A DNA stretch of 43,612 nucleotides from a virus: positions 1 through 43,612 of the IMG/VR virus record IMGVR_UViG_3300049573_000103, one strand, 5' to 3'. Positions within the stretch are counted from its first letter, which is position 1; each line of letters begins with the position of its first letter. Below, piece by piece: positions 1-7,306 of this stretch. Both the position numbers and the translations under genes were made by a program. Under the pieces are notes generated by a model. The model saw nothing but the letters and a program-made list of their open reading frames with translations, was not told the origin of the DNA and searched no databases.

Positions 1-127
1 CACTCGTCGCCCAGGGCGAAGCCGGCCGGCAGGCGGCCGGTGGCCAGCCAGTCGGTCAGCAGTACGCGCGGGCCTTCCTCCGGTGCCGGCGGCACGGCGG
101 GGAAGCTGCCCAGCGCCTCGCGCCAGC
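1..127. repeat. Terminal direct repeat identical to 43486-43612; either a circular-assembly overlap or terminal redundancy
   Basis: Compared base by base. Both ends read cactcgtcgcccagggcgaagccgg...cagcgcctcgcgccagc (127 nt). The rdgC-like reading frame is continuous across the join. Confidence 0.95.
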
Positions 128-587
128 AGGTGAGCACGGTGTCGACCTGCTTGCGGCTGGCGGTGTCGATCACCAGCCAGCCGTTGGTGATGTCGGCATA
201 GGCGGCAGTGCGCGAGCTGCGCACGAAGGCGCGCGGCAGCAGCTCGTTCAGCAGATCCTCGCGGATGCGCTTGCGCTCGCGCCCGCCGACCGTGCGGCCT
301 TCCTTGTCGCTGATTTCCTGCACCTTGCGCTGCAGGGCGGCGGTGACCACGGCGGGCGGCAGCAGCTTGTCTTCGCAGCCAAGCGTGGCCAGCGTGCAGC
401 CGTTTTCGGTGAGGGTGATGTTGCCCCAGCCGTCAGTGCGGCCCACCGGCGGCACGAAGCCGCGGGTGAACAGCTCCAGCGGGCCGCAGGGGCGCAGGCG
501 GTGGTCGGCCAGCTCGTCATGCAGGCCCCAAAGGTCGTCGGCCACGGCGGGCGAGAATCGGAACAGGGTGAGGTTGCGGAAGAACAT
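1..587 (-). CDS. rdgC: RdgC (recombination-associated protein) homologue, N-terminal part. It continues at 43485->43143 once the window is circularised (about 309 aa in total).
   Basis: Manual translation from ATG 585-587 gives MFFRNLTLFRFSPAVADDLWGLHDELADHRLRPCGP... This resembles the E. coli RdgC N-terminus (MLWFKNLMVYRLS...PCG...GWVPP). The frame is open to position 1, so it is missing from the ORF track because it runs off the window edge. Confidence 0.85.
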   Translation of the reverse strand, partial: MFFRNLTLFRFSPAVADDLWGLHDELADHRLRPCGPLELFTRGFVPPVGRTDGWGNITLTENGCTLATLGCEDKLLPPAVVTAALQRKVQEISDKEGRTVGGRERKRIREDLLNELLPRAFVRSSRTAAYADITNGWLVIDTASRKQVDTVLTCWREALGSFPAVPPAPEEGPRVLLTDWLATGRLPAGFALGDE

Positions 588-590
588 GGC

Positions 591-887
591 TCAGGCCTCC
601 ATTTCCGGCTCGGCTGTGACGTGCACGCGCAAACCCAGTTGCGCCTGCACCGCAGCCGCGATGCCGTCCTGTATTTCTGTGGTGATGACGGGCGCCGGCG
701 TGTCGCCATGCACCTTGACGGTGGCGCGAAGGTGCGGCCTGGCGAACATCGCCGCCGGCACATCCACGCTGAGCTCCAGCAACACCTCGTCGGGCCGAAG
801 TGATGGGCGGTTGGCGGTGATGCGGGCCGACAGATACGGGAATCGCTTGGACTGGCTCAAGGCGAGGTAGAACAGTGCGGACGGCAT
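591..887 (-). CDS. Hypothetical early protein (alternative start at 917)
   Basis: ORF 591..917. The internal ATG at 887 lies 1 nt after the stop of the upstream gene. The stop at 591 lies 4 nt before the rdgC ATG. Composition is protein-like. Confidence 0.6.
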   Translation of the reverse strand: MPSALFYLALSQSKRFPYLSARITANRPSLRPDEVLLELSVDVPAAMFARPHLRATVKVHGDTPAPVITTEIQDGIAAAVQAQLGLRVHVTAEPEMEA

Positions 888-888
888 T

Positions 889-1152
889 TCAGTCGAGCCC
901 TGTTTCAGCAGGCGCATTGCGGAAAATCTCGGCGATGCGCTCGAACGCCACCGCCATCTGCCAGCGGCGCTGCGTCGATTTCGGCAGCCAGAACGTCACC
1001 GCGGAGCGGTCGTCATCTTCGGGCGGGTGGTGGAGCATCGGCGAGGAGTGCAGCACCAGCTGCGCGGCGGTGTATACGATGCCGGTGTTCGATACTTTCG
1101 ACACCTCGATCACTTCGTCGGTAAGTTCCTGGCTGTAGACGTTGATCCGCAT
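889..1152 (-). CDS. Hypothetical early protein
   Basis: 87-aa ORF with an ATG start preceded by GGAGGGG. The sequence is non-repetitive (MRINVYSQELTDEVIEVSKVSNTGIVY...). Confidence 0.7.
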   Translation of the reverse strand: MRINVYSQELTDEVIEVSKVSNTGIVYTAAQLVLHSSPMLHHPPEDDDRSAVTFWLPKSTQRRWQMAVAFERIAEIFRNAPAETGLD

Positions 1153-1155
1153 GGC

Positions 1156-1401
1156 TCAGCCCCTCCGCAGGTTGGCAGCGCGGCGCCGGCGGCGCGCGGT
1201 CTTGCCGGCCGGCGGCCGCGCGGTGCGCACGTGCTGGAACGGCTTGCGGGCGTCGGTGCGGCCCCTGCCCTTGCCGCGCCGGTCGCGCCGGCCGGTGGCG
1301 GTGTGGGCTTGTTCGGCGGGTGGGCGCGGCAGGTGCACGGCGTTGCTCATCCGCGACAACGCCATGGCGACCAGACGGGATAGCGGGGTGCGTTTGTGCA
1401 T
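1156..1401 (-). CDS. Small, highly basic (Arg-rich) protein
   Basis: 81-aa ORF packed tightly between its neighbours. GC3 is very high in this frame when the codons are read. Low-complexity composition keeps confidence moderate. Confidence 0.5.
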   Translation of the reverse strand: MHKRTPLSRLVAMALSRMSNAVHLPRPPAEQAHTATGRRDRRGKGRGRTDARKPFQHVRTARPPAGKTARRRRRAANLRRG

Positions 1402-1410
1402 GGTGGGTTC

Positions 1411-1665
1411 CTAAGCGGTAGGGGCGCGCTTGCCGGCGCGGCGGTGGTGGATCAGGCGGTACTCGGCCACGCGCACGATGTGCCGGCGGCGGTCGCGCAC
1501 CTTGACCATCTGCATGCCGATGGCGTAGCCGTGGTCGGTTTTCAGCTCGTGCATGCGGGCGCTCACGCAGATCACGCCGCAGCGACGGATCAGGTGCATG
1601 GTGGTAGCCGGGCCGCGGCGCAGCTCGGCGAGGATGGCCTCATGCTGGGGGCTGAGATTGGACAT
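1411..1665 (-). CDS. Winged-helix type DNA-binding protein
   Basis: Internal ATG at 1665 is preceded by GGGAGGAG. MSNLSPQHEAILAELRRGPATTMHLIRR... looks like a wHTH. Confidence 0.7.
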   Translation of the reverse strand: MSNLSPQHEAILAELRRGPATTMHLIRRCGVICVSARMHELKTDHGYAIGMQMVKVRDRRRHIVRVAEYRLIHHRRAGKRAPTA

Positions 1666-1667
1666 GT

Positions 1668-1904
1668 TCACTCCTCCCACGCGATGCAGCTGGGCGTGCG
1701 GCACTGGCCCTTGCTGTGCACGATGGCGCCGGCCTCGTCGTACTCCACCTGCACGCTGCAGCGCGATCCGCAGGCGGTGCAGCGGTAGCTGCCGCTGGTG
1801 GCGCCGTAGCGGTTGGCCAGGCGCAGCACGTTGCGCTTGGCGGCCTTGCCGGCGACGCTGTCCATGATCGCCGGCGGCACGAACATTTCAGCGGGCGCGA
1901 GCAT
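1668..1904 (-). CDS. Small Cys-rich (zinc-ribbon-like) protein
   Basis: 78-aa ORF with an ATG preceded by GAGGAGG. It has CTAC...C and C..PSC cysteine pairs. Confidence 0.65.
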   Translation of the reverse strand: MLAPAEMFVPPAIMDSVAGKAAKRNVLRLANRYGATSGSYRCTACGSRCSVQVEYDEAGAIVHSKGQCRTPSCIAWEE

Positions 1905-2166
1905 GGAGGGCCTCCTCGGTGGACTGGTTGAGCGCGGCCAGCAGCGCGTCGGCGTAGCGCACGGCGCGCGTGGCGTAGATGTCGGCGTTGCTGGTGCTTT
2001 GGGTGGTGGCCGGGTTGGCGGCGAGCAGGCCCTGCAGGGCGGCGGTGGCGATGCGCTCGCGCGGCGTGGGGTACGTGTAATCCAGCGTCCCGCTGACAGC
2101 GAATTGCCGTATGTTTTCGAGCAGTTCCTTGTCGAGGTTTCGGCTGGCAGGTGCGTGCGTATTCAT
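1888..2166 (-). CDS. Hypothetical protein
   Basis: Only the C-terminal 92 aa of ORF 1888..2544 look protein-like (MNTHAPASRNLDKELLENIRQFAV...). The ATG is at 2164-2166. Confidence 0.65.
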   Translation of the reverse strand: MNTHAPASRNLDKELLENIRQFAVSGTLDYTYPTPRERIATAALQGLLAANPATTQSTSNADIYATRAVRYADALLAALNQSTEEALHARAR

Positions 2167-2651
2167 CGCTGCGCCCTCCCCTTCGCCGCGCGCATCGGCC
2201 GCACGTTGTCGCGGCGCGGGGCCAGCGGCAGCGGCAGGGTTTCGCCCAGCTCGCCCCAGGCGCGCACGGCGTCGACCAGGCTGGCGCGCCAGCCGGTGCA
2301 GCGGCGGCACGGGCACTCGAGCTGGTGGCGATCGGCGATCACGGCGAACTGCACGCCCTCGCGCTGGGTGCTGCCGCTGGCCATGTAGTGGCGCGGTTCG
2401 ACCTTGCAGGTGGCGCAGGCGGCGAAGGTGCCGCGGGGGTGGGTGATCTGGCGCTGTTTCATGGGCAGGTGCACTCCTCTGATGGTTCGCGCCGCGGCGA
2501 GCCAGCGATAAGCGGTGGGTTTGGATACCGGGAAGCGATCGCACACGTCGTCGACGGACGGCATCACGTGTCGGTCGCTCAGCCAGAAGGCGAAACGCAG
2601 CATCTTCTCGACCAGCGCGTCGCGGTTCTTGGTGCGCATGCGTGGCGTCAT
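2163..2651 (-). CDS. HTH domain protein with a C-terminal Lar-like zinc-ribbon region
   Basis: This is the real part of ORF 2163..3086, from ATG 2651, with an ATGA overlap on the upstream gene. It contains the HTH-like DDVCDRFPVSKPTAYRWL. The segment ACATCK...ECPCRRCTGW..DAVRAW resembles my recollection of the Lar restriction-alleviation family. Confidence 0.65.
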   Translation of the reverse strand: MTPRMRTKNRDALVEKMLRFAFWLSDRHVMPSVDDVCDRFPVSKPTAYRWLAAARTIRGVHLPMKQRQITHPRGTFAACATCKVEPRHYMASGSTQREGVQFAVIADRHQLECPCRRCTGWRASLVDAVRAWGELGETLPLPLAPRRDNVRPMRAAKGRAQR

Positions 2652-3052
2652 CGGCCCACCTCGCGCACGGGTTCGGGATCGGCGTCGATCAGTTGCACCA
2701 GCTCGCGGGCCAGCGGCGACAGCCGCAGGCACTTGTCGCCCGCGTCGCAGCGGCAGCTTTCGCCGCAACCGCCGGCCGGCGCGTCGTATGGCTCCAGCAG
2801 GCCACATTCCAACGCCAGTTCCTCGGCCTCCAGCTCGTCGAGGTCGATGTCGGTGTGTGCCGCGGCCAGCATCCGCGCCGCGTAGCGCGCCACGCCCTCG
2901 CTGTAGGGGATGCGCAGCGCCGTGGCCAACTGCTGGAACAGCACCAGCGCCTTTTCGCGCGGCAGGAAGTTGTAGCCGGCGCCCACGTAGACGGCGATGC
3001 GGCCATCGGGTTGGCGCTCGGCGAGCGGGCGGAAGGTGGTGGGCGCGTTCAT
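2648..3052 (-). CDS. Hypothetical protein
   Basis: ATG at 3052 (MNAPTTFRPL...) forms an ATGA overlap with the upstream stop. The C-terminal half is acidic and Cys-containing. Confidence 0.65.
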   Translation of the reverse strand: MNAPTTFRPLAERQPDGRIAVYVGAGYNFLPREKALVLFQQLATALRIPYSEGVARYAARMLAAAHTDIDLDELEAEELALECGLLEPYDAPAGGCGESCRCDAGDKCLRLSPLARELVQLIDADPEPVREVGR

Positions 3053-3393
3053 GCCAACTTGCCATGGTGGCGCTTGAGCCACTCACCGAACTCTGTGCCA
3101 GCGTCCGCGGCGAGGAAGTCTCGATAGCGCTTCGCCGACCGGGTGAGCTGCGGCGGTTTCGGGCTGTGCTGCTCCATGTATGCGACGCCTGCCGGCGTCA
3201 CCAGAAAAAGGTCGTCGCCGCCCGTCACTGCGTTGCCGGCACGGCGCGTCATCAGCCCTCGGATCACCAGATCGACGCACTGGTCGTAATCTTTCGAACC
3301 CGGCCCGGTGACAAAGTGGTTGCGGTAACGCTCGCCCTGGCCGAACTGGTCGACGCCCAAGCTGTGTTGCAGGATGTGCAGATCGTGGTTCAT
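3049..3393 (-). CDS. Hypothetical conserved phage protein
   Basis: This is the C-terminal 114 aa of ORF 3049..4500 (MNHDLHILQHSLGVDQFGQGERYRNHFVTG...). It has an ATGA overlap with the recombinase stop. Confidence 0.7.
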   Translation of the reverse strand: MNHDLHILQHSLGVDQFGQGERYRNHFVTGPGSKDYDQCVDLVIRGLMTRRAGNAVTGGDDLFLVTPAGVAYMEQHSPKPPQLTRSAKRYRDFLAADAGTEFGEWLKRHHGKLA

Positions 3394-4355
3394 CCCACCC
3401 TCCTCACCGCATCCAGATCCGCGTGTTCGCGCAGCACGTGGCGCACCACGGCGGCGGCTTGGGCGCCGTAGACGTTGGCGGTGGTGGATTTCTTGGCGTG
3501 GCGGGCCAGGTGCTGGCCGGCTTCCAGGCCGAGGGTTTCCACCACGTCGCCCACGCGGCGGTGGCGCAGCAGTTGCGGGTTGAGGTGGGCGATGCCGGCG
3601 GCGGCGCCCAGGGTGCGGATGCGGTTGTAGGCCTGCTGGCGGGTGATGCGGGTGCCGCGGTTGCTCACGAACATGGCCTGCTCGCGCTCGGCGGCCATCG
3701 AATGGCGCACGGCCAGCCAGTCGGCCAGCCACGCCACGCTGCGCGCGTTGATCGGCACCACGGCCGGCTTGCCGCCCTTGCCCACCATGCACAGCTCGCC
3801 GCGCGCCAGATCCACGCTGTTGCGCGGGCGATACACCGGGCCGGGCAGGTCCAGCGCGGTGGCGTCGCTTACGCGCAGCGCGCCATCCAGCATCAGGCGC
3901 ATCATGGCGCGGTCGCGCAGCTGCATCGGCGTGCGCGTGGGCAGGGTTTCCAGCAGCTCCATCAGCGGGGCCAGCTCCGGCGCGATCTGCGGCAGCGCCA
4001 CGAAACGCACGTCGCTGTCTTTGGTCGGGTCGTGCTGCAGCCAGCCCTCGCGGTTGGCGTGCGCCACCAGTTGGCGCAGCACCACCAGCTTGCGCGCCTG
4101 GCTGCGCGGGGAAAGCCCGCGGTGGCCCAGCCGATCCAGCCAGCGCTCCACCAGGCGTTCGCCCAGCAGGCCGATCAGCTCCACGCCCTGCAGCGCGGCA
4201 AACTCGGCGAAGTCGTGCAAGTCGCCGCCGTAGGCCACCAGCGTGTTGATCGCCGCGCCGCGCAGGCGCTTGCGCTGCAGGTAGTGTTCGATCGCCTGCG
4301 CCATCGTCACGGGCGCCACGGCGTGGCCGGCCAGGGTGATGAGGTTGGCGGTCAT
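3390..4355 (-). CDS. Tyrosine recombinase 1 (XerC/XerD-like)
   Basis: 321 aa from ATG 4355. The SAM-like N-terminal domain is present. Catalytic motifs are ALRVSD (Arg), GKGGK (Lys), QLLRH (first His replaced by Gln) and HAKKSTTANVY (His...Tyr). Confidence 0.85.
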   Translation of the reverse strand: MTANLITLAGHAVAPVTMAQAIEHYLQRKRLRGAAINTLVAYGGDLHDFAEFAALQGVELIGLLGERLVERWLDRLGHRGLSPRSQARKLVVLRQLVAHANREGWLQHDPTKDSDVRFVALPQIAPELAPLMELLETLPTRTPMQLRDRAMMRLMLDGALRVSDATALDLPGPVYRPRNSVDLARGELCMVGKGGKPAVVPINARSVAWLADWLAVRHSMAAEREQAMFVSNRGTRITRQQAYNRIRTLGAAAGIAHLNPQLLRHRRVGDVVETLGLEAGQHLARHAKKSTTANVYGAQAAAVVRHVLREHADLDAVRRVG

Positions 4356-4561
4356 GGCTGGTCCTCGCCGGTGGTGTCGGCGGGCATGTCGCTGCGGTCG
4401 ATCCATTCCAGGAGCTTGGCGAGCAACCACCCGAACAGGGCGTAGAACGCGCCGAGGAAGGCCAACAACACGAGCAGGGCAAGAACCGGCGCCCAGCCAC
4501 CGCCGCAAGCCACGGCCGCGACGTAACCGATCACGACGAGTGCGATGATCTTGGTCTTCAT
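4352..4561 (-). CDS. Small membrane protein (2 predicted TM segments)
   Basis: MKTKIIALVVIGYVAAVACGGGWAPVLALLVLLAFLGAFYALFGWLLAKLL... The ATG is at 4561, with ATGA overlaps at both ends. Confidence 0.6.
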   Translation of the reverse strand: MKTKIIALVVIGYVAAVACGGGWAPVLALLVLLAFLGAFYALFGWLLAKLLEWIDRSDMPADTTGEDQP

Positions 4562-4800
4562 GCGACACCGCCCGTTTTGCGCAAGCCAAGGCCGGATATT
4601 TGCCACATGAACCGTGGCCCGCGCCGCCCACCGTTGCGGACGTAATCGCTGCGCCAGACGTACCGGCTGCGACGCATGTTGCTCAACGTCGCGCACACGA
4701 AATGGCGTGCGATGCCGGTCGCTGCTGCCAGCTCAGTGGATGTTGCCGGGCCGGCGCGGAGTTGCCGAAGAATGGTCCGCGCCTTGGTCGTGCGCGTCAT
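4558..4800 (-). CDS. Winged-helix DNA-binding protein
   Basis: 80-aa ORF. TILRQLRAGPATSTELAAATGIARHFVCATLSNM looks like a wHTH. There is an ATGA overlap. Confidence 0.7.
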   Translation of the reverse strand: MTRTTKARTILRQLRAGPATSTELAAATGIARHFVCATLSNMRRSRYVWRSDYVRNGGRRGPRFMWQISGLGLRKTGGVA

Positions 4801-4934
4801 TTCGCACCGCCCAGGCTGACCACGATCAGCGCGTCGATCAGCAGCAGGACCAGCACCACGGCAAAACCGATGCCCAGCGGCAGCACGGGGCTGGCCGGTG
4901 GCGCGCCGTGGCGGCGTTCCACGCGGGCGCTCAC
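4797..4934 (-). CDS. Possible small membrane protein (GTG start)
   Basis: GTGA overlap with the upstream stop at 4931-4934. The C-terminus is hydrophobic (LPLGIGFAVVLVLLLIDALIVV). The ORF is short and the start is uncertain. Confidence 0.35.
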   Translation of the reverse strand: MSARVERRHGAPPASPVLPLGIGFAVVLVLLLIDALIVVSLGGAK

Positions 4935-5122
4935 GACGCCACCGCTTGGAGCTGTTGCTGCAGCGAGTGCCATAGGCGCCGCGCGGCCTGCTCGGCCAGC
5001 GCTTGCTCGGTGAACAGGTTGCTGGTGCGGGCCTTGAGCGCGCCGCTGGGGCCGATTACCTGGCCGCGCCACAGGTTGCCTTCGCGCTCGCCGTGGAAAT
5101 AGACGTCCATGGGCTTTTTCAT
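4931..5122 (-). CDS. Hypothetical small protein
   Basis: MKKPMDVYFHGEREGNLWRGQVIGPSG... The ATG at 5122 is preceded by GGGAG. Confidence 0.6.
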   Translation of the reverse strand: MKKPMDVYFHGEREGNLWRGQVIGPSGALKARTSNLFTEQALAEQAARRLWHSLQQQLQAVAS

Positions 5123-5406
5123 GCGCGCGCTCCCGGCGTGTACCAGGCCGGCCGGAACCGTTCGCCGGCCAGGTCGCCCGCCATCAGCCACAGCGACGGC
5201 ACGGCCATCGCCTTGGCCATGGTTTCGATCTGGCGTGCGTCCGGCGGCGTGCTGCCGCCCATTTCCAGCGAGGCCAGCCGCTTGGGGGTAATGCCGGCGG
5301 CGGTGGCCAGATCCTCCGGCGCCAGCCGGGCGTGCTCGCGCGAGGCGCGCAGGCGCTGGGCGAAGCTGTCCGCGTGGGCGTTGTGCTGGCGGGTCTCGGC
5401 GCGCAT
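5119..5406 (-). CDS. XRE-family HTH protein
   Basis: This is the C-terminal 95 aa of ORF 5119..5973. FAQRLRASREHARLAPEDLATAAGITPKRLASLEMG is typical of an XRE HTH. Confidence 0.75.
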   Translation of the reverse strand: MRAETRQHNAHADSFAQRLRASREHARLAPEDLATAAGITPKRLASLEMGGSTPPDARQIETMAKAMAVPSLWLMAGDLAGERFRPAWYTPGARA

Positions 5407-5786
5407 CAGGCGAGCCTCCCGCGCGTGCTGGCTTCGCCCGCGATCATCAGCAGGTCGAACACCACGCCGCCCACGCTCAGCTTCCAGCCGGGCAGTTCCA
5501 GGTTCTTCAACGTGCCGGGAAACTCCCGGAACGCGGCCACCGCAGCGGCCTGCGCGCCCTTGGGCGTGATCACCGTGCACACCGGCATTTCGCGCGAGCC
5601 CTCGCGCCGCAGCGTCACCGCGTAGCTGCGCATCGTGCCGTGCGCCTGCACCATCTTGTGCAGCATGCCGCGCGTGCAGCCCAGGTCCGCCGCCACCGAT
5701 TTCAGGGTGGCCTTTGCCCGCTTCGCCGCTGCTACCGCTTCGGCGGCTGCCGCACAGCGTTCCGGCGTGGCCGGACCCACGTACAA
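5406..5786 (-). CDS. HTH-containing early protein. As sequenced it is separated from a likely upstream ATG (5853) by a +1 frame break at a C10 tract.
   Basis: ORF 5406..5786 starts at TTG directly after the C10 run. A different frame carries ATG 5851-5853, which overlaps the upstream stop as TGATG, and reads MEAPTTHPASDVATTTRRQPPP into the run. With C9 or C12 the two frames would fuse. Confidence 0.6.
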   Translation of the reverse strand: MYVGPATPERCAAAAEAVAAAKRAKATLKSVAADLGCTRGMLHKMVQAHGTMRSYAVTLRREGSREMPVCTVITPKGAQAAAVAAFREFPGTLKNLELPGWKLSVGGVVFDLLMIAGEASTRGRLA

Positions 5787-5796
5787 GGGGGGGGGG
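5787..5796. repeat. G10 homopolymer on the plus strand (C10 on the coding strand)
   Basis: Read directly as gtacaa-gggggggggg-ctgg. It is the longest homopolymer I saw in the window. Confidence 0.95.
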
Positions 5797-5852
5797 CTGG
5801 CGGCGCGTGGTGGTGGCCACGTCGCTGGCCGGGTGGGTGGTGGGCGCTTCCA

Positions 5853-6023
5853 TCAGCGCGCCCTCCCCTGCTTGGCCAGGCCGCCGAGGATCAGCGGGTA
5901 GCCGGGGCGGTGCAGGCGCAGCGCGTCGATCAGGCGCAGCGGCATGCAGGGGTACCAGCGCAGCAGCGCGCATTGCGCGGCGGCCAGTTGGCGGCGGCGC
6001 GAGGGTTGGGTTACAGTGGTCAT
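5853..6023 (-). CDS. Small hypothetical protein. An alternative long form starts at 6200.
   Basis: ATG 6023 is preceded by TTAGGAG. MTTVTQPSRRRQLAAAQCALLRWYPCMPLRLIDALRL... The longer form from 6200 has an ATGA overlap with the upstream gene but a low-complexity N-terminus. Confidence 0.6.
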   Translation of the reverse strand: MTTVTQPSRRRQLAAAQCALLRWYPCMPLRLIDALRLHRPGYPLILGGLAKQGRAR

Positions 6024-6057
6024 GTCTTCCGTACTCCTAAGCGCGGTGGGCACTTCC

Positions 6058-6094
6058 GAACGCCCGGGGTTGCCGCCCCGGGCGTTCTTCGTTT
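6058..6094 (+). terminator. Intrinsic-terminator-like hairpin oriented for plus-strand transcription
   Basis: gaaCGCCCGGGG-ttgccg-CCCCGGGCGttc forms a 12-bp stem and is followed by ttcgttt on the plus strand. On the minus strand no U-tract follows the stem (ggaagtg). Confidence 0.4.
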
Positions 6095-6196
6095 GGGCAG
6101 CAGACGCTGCGCTGATGGCCCGGCGGTGGGCGGTGGGGACCGTGGGGAGCGGGAAACCGCGATCCACCACCAGGCCATCAGCGAAACGTCCGGCGG

Positions 6197-6433
6197 TCAT
6201 TGCATGTAGTCCTCGACGCGGATGGCGGCGATCGCGTCATTGAGCGAACCGCGCGGCAGGCCGTAGGTTTCGCGCGCCGCCGCCATGGCCACCAGCGCCC
6301 GCCGCGCGGCGCGCCAGCGGTACACCGCCGCCAGTCTCGGGCGCCCTTCGCGCTGGGCGGTATCGGCCAGCACCTGCTGTTCCTGACAGGCATCCGCTGC
6401 TGCCGCCATGCCCTTGAAGCTGCGCCCGCGCAT
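6197..6433 (-). CDS. Hypothetical small protein
   Basis: ORF 6197..6436. ATG 6431-6433 overlaps the upstream TGA as TGATG. Composition is protein-like. Confidence 0.65.
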   Translation of the reverse strand: MRGRSFKGMAAAADACQEQQVLADTAQREGRPRLAAVYRWRAARRALVAMAAARETYGLPRGSLNDAIAAIRVEDYMQ

Positions 6434-7008
6434 CACTTCACGCTCCGCAGCGGCTGGCCGTCGACCACGCCCAGCACGTGCTGGTGGATGCTGCTTTTGA
6501 GCGTCACGGCGTAGGCCTGCAGCGCGTCCAGTTCGGCCAGCGCGGCGCTGGCGTGCGCGGCATCGCCGGCATCCATGCGGCCGTCGTCCAGCATCGGCGC
6601 CAGGCGGTTCACGGTGTCGCCCAGGTGGCGCAGCAGTTCGCCCAGCTGCTGTTGCTGGCCGGCGGGCGTGGGTTGCGGCTGCGGCGCGGCCAGTAGGCCC
6701 AGGCGGTGGCTCAGGTCCGCCAGCAGGTGGCTGCGGTACGGCTGCGGCAGCGCGAGGATCAGCGCCTCCTCGATGTCCACCGCCATGCGCACGCGGCCGT
6801 CCAGCATGCGCTTCACCGTCTGCCGGTTGGCCTCGCTGTCGGCGTACGGGTCGGCGCTGCTGGCAAAGGTCACGCTGCGCGCGTGCAGCGCGGTGCGCTC
6901 GTGGTACAGGTCCGCCACCGTCTGCGCGTAGGTGCGCTCGGTGAGCGCGCTGCGGCTGATGGCCAGCAGCACGTGCTCGGCAATGAGCTGGCTGCGCGAC
7001 TCACGCAT
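6433..7008 (-). CDS. Hypothetical early protein (possibly a CII-type regulator; weak)
   Basis: This is the real part of ORF 6433..7074, from ATG 7008 (MRESRSQLIAEHVLLAISRSALTERTYAQ...). Position downstream of the switch genes is the only functional hint. Confidence 0.65.
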   Translation of the reverse strand: MRESRSQLIAEHVLLAISRSALTERTYAQTVADLYHERTALHARSVTFASSADPYADSEANRQTVKRMLDGRVRMAVDIEEALILALPQPYRSHLLADLSHRLGLLAAPQPQPTPAGQQQQLGELLRHLGDTVNRLAPMLDDGRMDAGDAAHASAALAELDALQAYAVTLKSSIHQHVLGVVDGQPLRSVK

Positions 7009-7306
7009 GGCCGTGCACCCCGTGCACCAGCGCCAGGTCCATCGCCATGTCGGCGCTGGCCGCTTCAAAGGCATCGCACACCAGGTCCGGCGCAGTGCCC
7101 AGGCGGTAGGCGCGCTGGGTGAGCATCTCGGCGATGATCGCGTGCACGCCCTCCACGGTGGTCACGCCTTCGCGGCGGATGCGGGCATTCAACGCGCGCA
7201 GGGTCATGGCCTCGTGCGCGGTGGCGTGGGTCAGGCGCGCAAAGGCGCGGCGCTGGGCCTCGTTCATCGGTGGCATGCCGTCCGCTTCCAGCTGCAGTTC
7301 AGACAT
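7001..7306 (-). CDS. Hypothetical early protein
   Basis: ATG 7306 is preceded by CGGAGG. MSELQLEADGMPPMNEAQRRAFARLTH... Confidence 0.7.
   Translation of the reverse strand: MSELQLEADGMPPMNEAQRRAFARLTHATAHEAMTLRALNARIRREGVTTVEGVHAIIAEMLTQRAYRLGTAPDLVCDAFEAASADMAMDLALVHGVHGHA

Noticed and set aside
3049-4500. Long N-terminal extensions of many track ORFs, for example 3049-4500, 2163-3086, 1888-2544, 5119-5973, 7299-8246, 25436-26566, 32075-33325 and 40426-42798
   Set aside because: The upstream parts are Arg/Pro/Gly-rich junk that overlaps better genes in other frames. The true starts were placed at internal ATG/GTG codons that overlap or abut the preceding stop and/or carry an RBS.
5853-6200. 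Long (115 aa) version of the small gene, starting at ATG 6200 with an ATGA overlap
   Set aside because: The extra 59 aa are low-complexity. A strong RBS precedes the internal ATG at 6023, and a stable hairpin lies inside the extension. I kept the short form but could not exclude the long one, since GC3 in the extension is fairly high.
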